From the NCBI GenBank assembly GCA_000004695.1, contig CM000151.3:960001-1024000 (forward strand): 64,000 bases of DNA, read 5' to 3'. The DNA comes from Dictyostelium discoideum. Its lineage: Eukaryota. Of this stretch, positions 27,318 through 38,364 are shown one piece after another. The notes beneath the pieces were generated by a model. It saw only the letters and a list, made by a program, of their open reading frames with translations. It did no database searches and was not told where the DNA came from. Position 1 is the first letter of the stretch. Every line of letters starts with the position of its first letter. The position numbers and the translations under genes were made by a program.

Positions 27318-27798
27318 ATTTTAAAAGTTTTTTTTTTTTAATTAATAATATTTATTTATTTGATTGATTGATAGATTGTTGATTATATTTTTTATTTAAT
27401 ATTTTATATTTTATATTTTATTATTTTTTTTTTTATTTAAATAGTTTTTTTTTTTTTTTAAAAAAAAAAAAAATTTTAAAATAATAATAATCATCACTTG
27501 TCAGAAGATTTAGAAATAATAATATTCTATTTGACCCGTTACCAAAATTAAAGACAACAAATTCTTTTTTTTCTTTTTTTTTTTTTTTACATGATCTGAA
27601 AGAAAGTTGTTCTATTCTATTTTTTAAATATTTTGTGCATGTTCCCAAAAACCAAATTTCAAATAAAAGAAGAAAAAAAAATAAAAAAAAAAAAAAATAA
27701 AAATTAAAATTTTTAATATATTTGCCAACCAATACAAAAATTAATAGCTCTTTATTATTATTTTTTTTTTTAATTTAAAATATATTATTATTTTTTTT

Positions 27799-27829
<31 letters not shown>

Positions 27830-28478
27830 CTAAAAAAAAAAACACAACACATAAAATGATAGAAAATAATGATATAATTATAAATAATAAAAATAAATGT
27901 ACACTTCATCTTAAAATTAAACCTTTTATGTTTAAATTGTAAATTAATTCCATGTTGTATTATATGTACATATAGTAAAGGTCATAAAACTGATCCGTTG
28001 GAATCTGTAACAACATCAAATATTCTTTAAATTAATTTTTTTTATTTATTTTTTTATTGTTTGTTTGTTTGGTCAAAAAAAAAACATAAAAAAAAATAAA
28101 AAAAAATAAAAAAAAAAAATTTTTATAGAGTTGACATAATTTGCTAAAAGCCAATAATTAAAATAATATACTAGTTTTGTAAATATTAATTTTATATTAA
28201 TTGTTGAAAAACTATTTTTTATAAATAATTTATTATAATAATTATTGTGACGAAAGACTACTGTTTTCGTTAAAATTTTCATCCACACCTTGTTAATAAA
28301 AAGATAATTATCAAATATTAGTGATCCTGCAAATTTAAGGTCAGTAATTTTTTTTTTTTACTGCGCTACTGTAGTGAAATTAAATAATAAAATTCACTAC
28401 GCTGGACAGTGAAATTTTATTGAAGATTCCCTATTATTTTAATATTTTTTATTTCAAATGTTTCAAGTGAAAGTTTAG

Positions 28479-29780
28479 AAGATTTGGGATATGAAAACTT
28501 AGAACTTTCAACATTTATTAATGATTGTAACTATGATACCCAAAGATGTAATATTACAGTTTATCAAAATTCAATTTTATATAATTCATTCTCAGAACCA
28601 ATATTATTTGGCAGATATACATTTTTAAGAGAATTTATAAATGATAAAAAACCAATTTATTTTTTAGGTTTGGATGATGCAGGTGTATGTAATTTATTAT
28701 TAGAAAAATTAAAAAACATAATAATAATAATTTAATTGACATAAAAATAATAATAAGATTATAGTGTATAGATCTAACGAGTTAAAAGAAATACTTGATG
28801 GTTTAGATGTAATTATACGAAATCAAAAAGGAAACCAAATCTCTTATTTAAGTTTTTCAGAATTAAATAGAGAATCTGCAGGATATGATATTGATCAAAA
28901 ATATACAACAACAATACCAGGTCCGTACTTATATCATTGTAGAAGATCAGAATTAGAATTTGGATGGAAAATATTTGAAAATTGCCTTGCAATTGGTGAT
29001 AATAATGAATTTAATGTGATAACTTACTATGTTCACAATATGAATCCTATAGTTTTAAATTTTTCACAAATCTATGAAAATTATACAATTAAAACAAATG
29101 AAACTTTAATAAGTAATACATTTACTGCAAAAGATATATTCTCATCATTTTATTATTATTGTACAAGTGATATAAATAATCAAGTATATGTAGGTTTAAT
29201 ATTTAGTAATGTCTCATATCAGTTTACATCAAATTCAACATGTTTAGTTAAACATATTAATGAACCATCATGAAATTATTCCAATATAATCGGTATAGTA
29301 GGATATAAAGATTCAATATTAATATGTGGTAATCATCAATCAAATAATAGTTTAATTGTATATTCATATAATTTTACAAATGAAAAACAGTCATTTGTAT
29401 ACTCTGATAAAGCTAATATCACTCATGTAATTCAACTTCAATTTTCATCACCAAGATATTGTCTATTCTTTTCTGATAAAACAAATTCTTCAATATTATT
29501 CGATATTTACCAAAACAAAGTAATAATAAATCATAATCACCTTAATTTAAATATTTCACGTCATTTACATGAAAATAGTACAAGATCAATAAGTTATTTT
29601 ATGAATCCCAAAGAATTCACCAAAAATGTTAGAAATTATACAGAACCAACAAATGCACCATTAGAAAACGATATTCTACCTAATAACTATGTTAGTGATG
29701 AAAATAATTCTCCAACACTCACTGTATCATTTTCAACATTAACCATTTCCTTATTACTTTCTTTTATTAATATCCTTTAA
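28479..29780 (+). CDS. Hypothetical N-glycosylation-rich protein with a hydrophobic C-terminus (GPI-anchor-like). Internal exon about 28479..28682, then 28765..29780, with an in-frame TGA at 29271-29273.
   Basis: ORF 28484..28735 is preceded by a TTTAG acceptor and a stop, and no ATG, so it is an internal exon. GTGTAT...ATAG joins it to ORF 28764..29273. The same frame stays open for 169 more codons after the TGA, ending in the hydrophobic tail TLTISLLLSFINIL*. There are many NxS/T sites. Confidence 0.45.
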
Positions 29781-29906
29781 ATAAACTACTTTTTATTTTA
29801 AACAAACATTTTATTTTTTAAACATTTAAACAATTTCTATCATTCTATTTTTTTTTTTTTTTTAATTTTTTTTTTTTTTTATCTTGTTAGCAATTAAACC
29901 AATATT

Positions 29907-29960
<54 letters not shown>

Positions 29961-30413
29961 TTATAATCAAAGATAAATCTTTTATTGAATGGAATTTTTA
30001 TTTTAATTTTATTTGTATACATTTTTTTTAATAACTCAATTTGTTAGGCTATTTTTTTTTTCAATCTGTTTATACTCATTTTAATACAAAAAAAAAAAAA
30101 AAAATAGAAATAATAAAAAAACCAAAAATTATATAATCATATCAGCAGTGAAATTAAATAAGTTTGTAACAAGATTGCGAATTTTAAATTTTTTTGATCT
30201 GTAATGAATTAAATTGTTTTAATATTAATAAGTTTTTAATAATCATAATATTAAAAATAGTAATAATAATAATGATTGACAATTAAACAATAATCAAAAA
30301 AATAATTAATTTGTTTAGTTTTATATATTTTGGAGTTTTCTTTCAAAACTTCTCAGTCAAAAATATAACAGTTAGCTAAGCCCCCTATTCCAGAAAAATA
30401 CGATTTTCATCCT

Positions 30414-30561
30414 CCTTGTTAATTAAAAGATGATTATCCAATATTGGTAATCCTACAAATTTTGAGAAAAATTATCTGGATAAGTCCAAACACAATTTTT
30501 AATTTATTTATTTTTATTTTTTTTATTTTTAACATTCCTTTGTGAATTGTAATTATAAATA

Positions 30562-30600
<39 letters not shown>

Positions 30601-30790
30601 GAATAACTTTACCCTCAGAACAATTCAAATATAAATGGATGTGTTAGGAGTTTAAAATTTTATAATATATTTTTATGTTATATGAAGGTGTATGTAATTT
30701 ATAATTAGAAAAATAAAAAAACAAAATAATAATTCAATTGACATAAAAATAATAATTAGATTGTAGTGAAGTAGGCTATTGCCAATGAAA
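30414..30790 (+). pseudogene. Degenerate partial duplicate of the 5' region (upstream flank, exon and intron) of the 28.5-kb gene, truncated at the TRE3 poly(A) end
   Basis: 30414-30480 (cttgttaattaaaagatgattatccaatattggtaatcctacaaatttt) parallels 28290-28350. 30682-30770 (gaaggtgtatgtaatttataattagaaaaataaaaaaacaaaataataattcaattgacataaaaataataattagattgtagtg) parallels 28678-28768. Confidence 0.5.
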
Positions 30791-30822
30791 TAAGACTCTA
30801 AAAATTTTTTAATAAAAAAAAT

Positions 30823-30853
<31 letters not shown>

Positions 30854-30963
30854 GATATAAATAAACTATTGTAGTATACAATTAGTATGTTATTTTTATT
30901 TATTTATTTTAGGTTTTTTAGTTTTTGTGAATTTAATATGGTATGTTATTTTAGATTAGGTAA

Positions 30964-33900
30964 TTAATAATTAATTGGTGGTGTAATTGTTGGAATTGGT
31001 TCATTTGTGTTAATGCTCCATTCTTTTTTAAATTTTTTGATGGTTTCGGACCATTGGGTTTCTTTTTGAGTTTTTGTGAGGTTGTTTTTAATTGAGTATT
31101 GGTTAAAGTTTGATAAAGTTCTTGAATATTCCAATCTTATTAGCTTGTGCCATTTTGATTTTAATATATCATAATCTAGTGTTGTGTTGTTTATTTGGTT
31201 GTTCCAATTATCAATTGATTGAGTTATATTGATGTCAAATAATGATTTGCATAACCATATCCATATTTGGTGAATAACTAATGAGATTATGTTCCAATAT
31301 GCATGTGTTCTGACTAGATCAAGATTTGTGTTTATATAATTCCAGTTGAACCTGTATTTTTTATATTTTGCGTTTTCTGCAAAATGAAAATTAATATTGA
31401 TAGTTGGATCTGGTTTAAATGCTTTGTTGTTTGTTTGTGGTTTATAGATGAGTGTGTATAATTTTGTTGTTTGGTTTTTTGTTAGTGACCAGTTTTTGTT
31501 TCCATTGCAATTTTTATATATAAAATATTTTAATTTGTCGTGGTTAATGAAGTTGATTGTGTGCTGACAATTGAAAAACAAATGACCATAGGGATCATTA
31601 TTCATTTCATTGTTGCAAATGGGGCAAACTTTGTTGTGTAGATGATTAATCGGAAGACATCTAGCATGGAATCTTTGCATTGTATCTCGGCCTTTTGGAT
31701 CTTTTAATTTTTGAATTTTGACAAAAAGTTGGTCGTATGTGTATTTCCATAATAGTTGTATTGATTGTTGGTGCGAAGTAAGAAGTAGATCTGAATATTT
31801 CTTGCCAATATAGTCTTTTGATTTGCATTGGTGATTGTTTAGTATTGTCGAGTAGATTTCTTTGAGTGTTGGTGGTAGTGAAATATTATTTGTGTTTAAT
31901 GTTTGAGAGGGTTGGTTTTTTGTTAATATTGGTTGTAGGATTTGAACTTTATCTTTTAGATGTCCAATTTGAGTTGCATAGTTTTCCCATTCTTTTTTGA
32001 TTTTTATAAGGTATGGAGAAGAGATTGATTTGTTGATGATTTGATCCATCCAACTTATCATGTATATTGAATTGTTTGCAGATTTATGCATTTGTAAAAA
32101 TCTGTTGTATATCCAAATCTTTTGAGCAACTTGTCGTAATTGTATATTCCACATACCCCAACCACCTTCTTTTAATGGTTTTAATGATCTATCATAACAC
32201 ATCAAAGGTATTTTTGCACGTGAATGGATGGTTGATGTGTTGTTTTCAATGGAATTGGTATTGAGAGTTGGTGATTCAGAATTTGCGGGAGAATTCATAA
32301 ACCATGAGATTAATTTATTAATTTGAATTTCTTCATCTTTTGTAAATTCTTCAAGGTATGATAAATATGTTATTGGTGATAGTGAGTAGGTGTTTATGAT
32401 GGTTGTTTTTGTTTTTAATGTTGTGCCACTAGTTTTCCATAGCACTAATGATTTAATCAGTGTTTTCATTGTTTCTGGTAATTTCCTATGTAAACCATTA
32501 TGATTAAAGAAATAGCCAAGAACTCTTTCTGATTGATCTTTTTTGGTTATTGGTATTCTTTTTGATTGTGGAATGTTGTTTATTATGTGTTTATCAGTGA
32601 TTTTGTGGGGGTTGATTTCTATTATTGCACTTTTGTCAAAATTTAATGATGATGATGTTGAAGCGCAGAAATTATCGAAATGTTTGATTGATTGTTGTTG
32701 TTGTTCGTAGTTGATGTTGTATGTTGTAGAGTCGTCTGCAAATTGGGTAAATTTGATTTTAATTTGTGGATTGGGTGAAATTGGTAATCCAATTATTGAA
32801 TTGTCTGCATTTATTGTTCTTGCTAATATTTCAATTACAATTACAAATAAAGTGGCTGAGATTGGGTCACCTTGTTTTACACCTCTTTTAATATCGAATT
32901 TTCTGGTCGTTTTACCATTAATTGAAATTTTTGCTTGTGAGTCAGATAATAGCTTGTGGATTAAATTTATTAATTTTATTGGTATACCAATATGAATTAA
33001 TGTTCTTTTAATGCTATCGTGAGAGATAGAATCAAATGCTTTAAAGAAGTCAAATAGTGTGATGATACCAGGGAGGTTTTTAGATTTGAGGTAGTTGATT
33101 AATTCATTGATGTTGATGATGTTGTCTATGATGAATCTGTGGGGTACGAAACCAGTTTGGTTGTTGTTGATGATGAAAGGAAGTATTCTCAGAAGACGTG
33201 CATTGATTACTTTTGAGAGGATCTTGTAATCAGTGTTTAGAAGTGTAATGGGACGACGATTTGATATGAGTAAGGGGTTGCCTTTCTTGTATATTGTGTG
33301 TATAAGACCTTCTGTGAATTCTGTTGTGATGTGGTGAGGATTTTCTAGTATATCGTTGAATAATGTAGTGAGAATTGGTTTAACTTGGTTTAAATGATTA
33401 ATGTAGAATGCATTTGTAACGCCATCTGGACCGGGTGATTTGTTGGGGTTACAGGTTTTAATTGCAGCTTCAACTTCATCTTGTATAAATGGTGAGTCTA
33501 AACCATTCCAATATTCATTTTTTATGATGGGCCATGTGTTTAGCATGAGCTGGTGAGTAATTGGACAACATATTTGTAAGCTATATAGATTTGTGTAGAA
33601 TTCAACAAACGCATTTTCAATTTGGTCGGGGTCGGATGTAATGATGTTACCATATTGGATTGATTCAATTTTTGCATCTTTTGATCTTTTGTTTAGTATT
33701 GCTGATAGATACTTGCTAGGTATTTCTCCATTTATATGTTTTTTTAATATGTTTGTGTGGTTTTGATGTAATTTGTTTTTGTTACATATAATATTGTATT
33801 CAGCGATGCATTGTTCTTCAAGATGTTTGAATTTTGCTGCTTTTTCTAATAGTATTTGTTTTGCACGTTGAGTTTGTTTGTCTTTGTTATATTGATAGTT

Positions 33901-34779
33901 TTTTAGAGTTTTAATAATTTTTGATTTTACTTTTGACCAGTTTGTAAATTGATTGATTGATGTGTTATTGTGATTAGTTATTAAATGATTGATAATATTG
34001 ATTGCTTCATGGTCATTTGCAGTACCAGGTGATAATATCCATCTTTTCTTATGTTTATTTATTTGAAAAGGTGAAGAAATTGTTGTTGATATTGGATTAT
34101 GATCTGATAATGAAGATGGAATTTGGTGGACTTGTGTATATATATTTTCAGGGTCTATTCTATTGTATTGAGTATATATTCTATCTAATCTGTTGCCATG
34201 TGTATGAGTTGGAGTGTTTTTAAATTCACCTTGATCAATTAGATGGTGTTGGTATGTGTAGGATTGGATAATATCATCTAATAGTGAATTGTCGTTGTGG
34301 ATACAGTTGAAATCTCCTGCGATAATAGATACATGTTGGGATTGGTTTGGTATTGGGTTTGTTGAGTGGTTGTGGAGAAGTGTTTGTAGTGAAGTTGCAT
34401 ATGAATTCTTTTTGATGGTATTATTTGATGCTGGTGCGTAAATTCCAAGAATACCAATTGGTAATTGATTTGGAAATATAACGTCTGCTAAAATAGCTCT
34501 ACCATCAATTGTTGATATGTGTTTGAGTTTGAGTGTGTTTGGGTTATGGTTAATGATGATTACACCATTTCCTCGTTTGGTGACAGAGATGATGTGATCG
34601 GGAAAATCATGTTTAAGTTGTAATGGTGATGAATTGAGTTCAGTGAGTATTGAGATTGTTGGACGAGGTGGAAGTTTTGAAATAAAGAGTTGTAGTGTGT
34701 CAACAGCTTTTTGGTAGGAATTGTGTTGATTGTTTGGGTTTTCAGTGAATCCTCTACAATTCCATGTTATAAAGTTGAT
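30964..34779 (-). CDS. TRE3 ORF2 (AP-endonuclease, reverse transcriptase and C-terminal domain). It is open for about 1270 codons without an initiating ATG until 33546.
   Basis: Manual translation from 34779 downward gives GISSKINFITWNCRGFTENP...IIAGDFNCIHNDNSLLDDII with no stops. The six-frame track lists only the ATG-initiated part 30964..33546 (860 aa), which contains the RT domain. Confidence 0.7.
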   Translation of the reverse strand: MNFITWNCRGFTENPNNQHNSYQKAVDTLQLFISKLPPRPTISILTELNSSPLQLKHDFPDHIISVTKRGNGVIIINHNPNTLKLKHISTIDGRAILADVIFPNQLPIGILGIYAPASNNTIKKNSYATSLQTLLHNHSTNPIPNQSQHVSIIAGDFNCIHNDNSLLDDIIQSYTYQHHLIDQGEFKNTPTHTHGNRLDRIYTQYNRIDPENIYTQVHQIPSSLSDHNPISTTISSPFQINKHKKRWILSPGTANDHEAINIINHLITNHNNTSINQFTNWSKVKSKIIKTLKNYQYNKDKQTQRAKQILLEKAAKFKHLEEQCIAEYNIICNKNKLHQNHTNILKKHINGEIPSKYLSAILNKRSKDAKIESIQYGNIITSDPDQIENAFVEFYTNLYSLQICCPITHQLMLNTWPIIKNEYWNGLDSPFIQDEVEAAIKTCNPNKSPGPDGVTNAFYINHLNQVKPILTTLFNDILENPHHITTEFTEGLIHTIYKKGNPLLISNRRPITLLNTDYKILSKVINARLLRILPFIINNNQTGFVPHRFIIDNIININELINYLKSKNLPGIITLFDFFKAFDSISHDSIKRTLIHIGIPIKLINLIHKLLSDSQAKISINGKTTRKFDIKRGVKQGDPISATLFVIVIEILARTINADNSIIGLPISPNPQIKIKFTQFADDSTTYNINYEQQQQSIKHFDNFCASTSSSLNFDKSAIIEINPHKITDKHIINNIPQSKRIPITKKDQSERVLGYFFNHNGLHRKLPETMKTLIKSLVLWKTSGTTLKTKTTIINTYSLSPITYLSYLEEFTKDEEIQINKLISWFMNSPANSESPTLNTNSIENNTSTIHSRAKIPLMCYDRSLKPLKEGGWGMWNIQLRQVAQKIWIYNRFLQMHKSANNSIYMISWMDQIINKSISSPYLIKIKKEWENYATQIGHLKDKVQILQPILTKNQPSQTLNTNNISLPPTLKEIYSTILNNHQCKSKDYIGKKYSDLLLTSHQQSIQLLWKYTYDQLFVKIQKLKDPKGRDTMQRFHARCLPINHLHNKVCPICNNEMNNDPYGHLFFNCQHTINFINHDKLKYFIYKNCNGNKNWSLTKNQTTKLYTLIYKPQTNNKAFKPDPTININFHFAENAKYKKYRFNWNYINTNLDLVRTHAYWNIISLVIHQIWIWLCKSLFDINITQSIDNWNNQINNTTLDYDILKSKWHKLIRLEYSRTLSNFNQYSIKNNLTKTQKETQWSETIKKFKKEWSINTNEPIPTITPPINY

Positions 34780-34787
34780 TTTTGAGC

Positions 34788-35996
34788 TTATACCTTACTA
34801 GGTTTGGCAGCACCAGTATTGACTGGTTGTGTAGTCAGGGAATTGCTGCTTCTTCTTGTATTTATTGTATTTGGAGTTGGTGCACTTGGTTTGTTTGGTT
34901 GAGATTGTAGAGGTTTTTGTGGTACAATTGTTGGATCGGTTGGATTGCTCATTGATAATGAGTTTTTCCCGTTATTATTATTTGAAGAATCACTTTTGTG
35001 TGAAATTTCATTATTGTTTTGGGATTGATTGTTAATATCAAGTGATTCATTTAGTATAGCTTTTGAACCACTATTTTGAAGTGAGTTATTATAGCGATTG
35101 GAATTTGCAATTTCGTTGATTGGTGGGGTGTTAATGTTGTTTTTTGGTGGTTGATTGTTTTTGTTCATGTTTGGGTTTGTGATGGCATTTTTTATAGTTG
35201 TTGCCATATCTGCATTTTTTGCATGTTGAATTTTGTGTTTAGTGACACTACGTGTTGCAGCTTTGATATATCTTGTGATACCAGATGGTTGTTCGATCTT
35301 TTGATCAACAATGTTGTGTGTGTGATCAATTAGATGATATGTTATAATGTAGCTTTTAAACGCAACAGCATATGAGTATGTGACAGTAAATGATTCAATT
35401 GATGTACAACTGGTGAATTTAGTGAGGTTGTTTGTAATTGCATCGTTTGCATGTTTGGGTGAGTATGTTTTAATGAATGTTTTAATGATTGCATAATCAT
35501 TTGATGATATATCGAATCTATAGTTGAGTTTGTCGATATTTAGTGCAAGTTGGTTTTGAAGGTTGATTATTGAAGTTAATTTATCAACGTTGCAATTTAC
35601 GAAGGCAGTTGCACCAATTATTTTGAATGCTGATGGCGACAGTATATCTTCGAAGAGTTTGTGAATGTTTTTGTGAATTTGTTGAATTCTTGTGTCATCT
35701 TTTGAGGTTAATTCTTCACGGATGTGTGGTTGATTAAAGTAACACTTAATGTTGATGGTGTTATTGTTTTTTTCTAAGAAAGAGAGTGGTCTTGTGATTG
35801 ATGGAGGTGCAATGATATCTAATTGATTATCAAGTCCTTTGTTTAGTGAGAGTTGGTTTGTTGGGGTTTGTTTTTTAGGTGTGTCGATTTTTGCACTTTT
35901 GTTTTTTGTTGTTGAGGTTGTGGAGGTATTATTTGTATTGGTTGTGTTGTTATCTGTATGATTTAACTGTAATTCAGTTGAGTGATGATCAGCCAT
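34788..35996 (-). CDS. TRE3 ORF1 (402 aa, nucleic-acid-binding/Gag-like protein of the retroelement)
   Basis: Intact ORF with ATG at 35996 and N/T/S/Q-rich termini. Confidence 0.7.
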   Translation of the reverse strand: MADHHSTELQLNHTDNNTTNTNNTSTTSTTKNKSAKIDTPKKQTPTNQLSLNKGLDNQLDIIAPPSITRPLSFLEKNNNTINIKCYFNQPHIREELTSKDDTRIQQIHKNIHKLFEDILSPSAFKIIGATAFVNCNVDKLTSIINLQNQLALNIDKLNYRFDISSNDYAIIKTFIKTYSPKHANDAITNNLTKFTSCTSIESFTVTYSYAVAFKSYIITYHLIDHTHNIVDQKIEQPSGITRYIKAATRSVTKHKIQHAKNADMATTIKNAITNPNMNKNNQPPKNNINTPPINEIANSNRYNNSLQNSGSKAILNESLDINNQSQNNNEISHKSDSSNNNNGKNSLSMSNPTDPTIVPQKPLQSQPNKPSAPTPNTINTRRSSNSLTTQPVNTGAAKPSKV

Positions 35997-36136
35997 TGTT
36001 GAAAAGTATATAGGACGATAGCCCTTGCTTTAATGAGCAAAAAAAGGGTAAAATTAAGAGGAATGAATGTGGCGGTGAAGATATAACAGTGATTTATTTA
36101 TTATATGTATAAATTCTCGTTTATTTCTTTTAATCA

Positions 36137-36160
36137 AAGGAATCGAACCTGCGATCTGAT
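36137..36160 (-). promoter_or_regulatory. Extra B box (ex-B box) downstream of tRNA-Gly
   Basis: GGATCAGATCGCAGGTTCGATTCC (minus strand) lies about 25 bp 3' of the tRNA. It matches the B-box consensus GGTTCGAnTCC, and no A box or acceptor stem is present. Ex-B boxes are a known feature of Dictyostelium tRNA genes. Confidence 0.7.
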
Positions 36161-36179
36161 CCAAGAAAATTTTAATTTT

Positions 36180-36250
36180 TGCGTATGCTGGGAATCGAAC
36201 CCAGTTCGCATCCGTGGCAGGGATGCATCATACCACTAGACCACATACGC
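36180..36250 (-). tRNA. tRNA-Gly (anticodon GCC)
   Basis: Minus-strand read GCGTATG TG GTCTAGTGGTATGAT GCATC CCTGCCAC GGATGC GAAC TGGGTTCGATTCCCAG CATACGC A. It has a 7-bp acceptor stem, A box TAGTGGTA, anticodon loop CTGCCAC, and B box GGTTCGATTCC. Confidence 0.9.
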
Positions 36251-36562
36251 TTATTTATGAAAATTGAAAATATTTATACTAATTCCACTCAATTTTGGAG
36301 ATCGAAAAAAACAAACAACAACAACAATCTCTTTTTTTGATTATTTCATTTTTCATATAAAAAAGACTTAAAAAACAAATAAATAAATAAATAAACTATT
36401 TTAAAAAGCCATCTTTTTACTTTATTGTAATTTATTATTTGTTTCGTTTTGAGAATTTTGCGTAGCAAAATTTTCAAAAAAAAAGCAAAAAATAATCAGA
36501 TCGAAAAAAACAAACAACAACAATCTCTTTTTTTGATTATTTCATTTTTCATATAAAAAAGA

Positions 36563-36596
<34 letters not shown>

Positions 36597-36674
36597 TGGG
36601 AACCCAAGTTAATCAGAAAATTTCCAGATTTTTAACTTTTTAAAGAAAAATAAAAAAAATAGAAAGAAAATAAG

Positions 36675-38009
36675 ATGAAAATCACAAACAACACCACAAA
36701 TATTAAGCAACACAAATGCCTACAAAAAATAAGCGAAATTGTGGATAAAACTCAATTAAAAAAAAAACAATTCAAATACGTCATAAACATCAATCACGAA
36801 CCAGACGATAAAATAAAAAAAGATTTAGAAAAAAGTTTGGACAAAAAAGATGTTTTAATCAAAAGTAATAATACATTCAAAATTCTCACAGACAGTATTA
36901 GTACAGTAATCTATTTTGTAAATATGTTTGATGCAGAATTAAAAGGACAATTTATAACCACTATAAGACCAAAAAATATGTATACAGATTTTGATTGGTA
37001 TAAATCACTCACAGAAATAGAATGGGTAATAGAAAATGAAGGATGTAAACTAATTAAATTAGAAATTAAAGGCGAAACTCTAATTATCAAAACAGTGAAA
37101 AGAGTCGTAGAAGAATTTGACACTATCATTGAACTAGACAATCTAACATTAATTGGACACTCCAACAAAGGATGGAGAGATCAAACCTCATTACCAGAAA
37201 ATCAAGAAGAAAACAAAAATAAAAAACAATCAGATGAACAACAACCACAATCTACATCAGAACAAATACCAAAACAAGGAAAAAGAACAATCATTATCCC
37301 ACCAATCACATCCTCATCTAATGATAAAACATTTATGGCCCTAGATGATCCAGCTCAAAAGGTAATAGAAGCATCACTAGAAAACGTAGATGAACTAACA
37401 AGAATAGAGAATGAGATCAATACACAATCGATAAACAATCAAGAAATTAAAACAAAATCAGAAAAACCTATTGAACCACCATCTCCATACAATACACCAA
37501 TAAAACAACACGGCGAAACAAAGAGACTAACAACGGAAGAAAAACTTATAGAGGCAAATGATATCTTCGACTTCACCAGCCCAAACACTGATGCAATAAG
37601 AAAAATAGAATTCCCACTTTCAATCCCTTCAAATCAATGGTTCTTCTCCTCTCCAATAAAACATATCATGAGTTTCAGCCCAACCTATGGTACACCATCG
37701 AAAATTATCGATTCACCAAGTAAATTGTTAAACACACCAAAAAAGAAACAACAAGACAAAACAAACAAGACCAACAAAACACCAGTCAAACCAAAATTGG
37801 GTGAATATGGACAAAAAAGCATAAAAACAAAAATGGATGAAGATATAGACAACTTCAACAAGGAAATTCTAAAACAAATCAATAAATCAAAAAACCCCAC
37901 AAACACACAAGACCAACAACACAACGAACAAAGTAAAGATCAGTTAGAAGACAAAATAAACCAGAAACTTCAAAAGGTAGATAAAAATCTACCCCAAATA
38001 AAACTATAA
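36675..38009 (+). CDS. Retroelement ORF1 (444 aa), assigned to TRE5-A from context and memory
   Basis: Intact ORF. It is followed immediately by the start of an ORF2 frame (38010-38290) that is cut off by poly(A) at 38300. Confidence 0.55.
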   Translation: MKITNNTTNIKQHKCLQKISEIVDKTQLKKKQFKYVININHEPDDKIKKDLEKSLDKKDVLIKSNNTFKILTDSISTVIYFVNMFDAELKGQFITTIRPKNMYTDFDWYKSLTEIEWVIENEGCKLIKLEIKGETLIIKTVKRVVEEFDTIIELDNLTLIGHSNKGWRDQTSLPENQEENKNKKQSDEQQPQSTSEQIPKQGKRTIIIPPITSSSNDKTFMALDDPAQKVIEASLENVDELTRIENEINTQSINNQEIKTKSEKPIEPPSPYNTPIKQHGETKRLTTEEKLIEANDIFDFTSPNTDAIRKIEFPLSIPSNQWFFSSPIKHIMSFSPTYGTPSKIIDSPSKLLNTPKKKQQDKTNKTNKTPVKPKLGEYGQKSIKTKMDEDIDNFNKEILKQINKSKNPTNTQDQQHNEQSKDQLEDKINQKLQKVDKNLPQIKL

Positions 38010-38305
38010 AGAAAAACACAATAAGAATAGGTGTTTGGAACGTCCAAGGATCCAACACCATCCAATCTGCCAGCATAATAAACACCGTTTTAGACAACAA
38101 CAAGCTGGACGCAGCACTTCTAACTGAAACAAATATAAAAACAAATAAAATTTACTCAATAAATCAACAATATAAAAACAAAATAACACACCACGCACCA
38201 ATTGATAAAACAGGACAAGGGGTGTCACAAATCATCATCAACACCCGCAATAGAACTTCCTAAACATCTCAAAAAATACAATAATTCACTCAGTACTTTC
38301 TATAA

Positions 38306-38363
<58 letters not shown>

Positions 38364-38364
<1 letters not shown>

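Larger units (their letters stand above)
30826..36105 (-). mobile_element. TRE3-type tRNA-gene-targeted non-LTR retrotransposon, about 5.3 kb, apparently full length. Its 5' end faces the 3' end of tRNA-Gly and it carries a 3' oligo(A).
   Basis: ORF1 34788..35996 and ORF2 30964..34779 overlap at a stop/-1 junction. ORF2 starts ...ITWNCRGF (APE) and continues to IIAGDFN, then through RT motifs (FDFFKAFDSISHDSIKRTL, QGDPISATLFVIVIE, FADDSTT). The 3' oligo(A) appears as T26 on the plus strand at 30826-30853. Position (about 75 bp downstream of the tRNA, just beyond the ex-B box) and orientation fit established TRE3 integration behaviour. Confidence 0.75.

Noticed and set aside
36137-36160. A second tRNA gene next to tRNA-Gly
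   Set aside because: Only a B-box-like GGTTCGATTCC segment is present, with no A box, acceptor stem or anticodon arm. That fits the Dictyostelium ex-B box rather than a tRNA.
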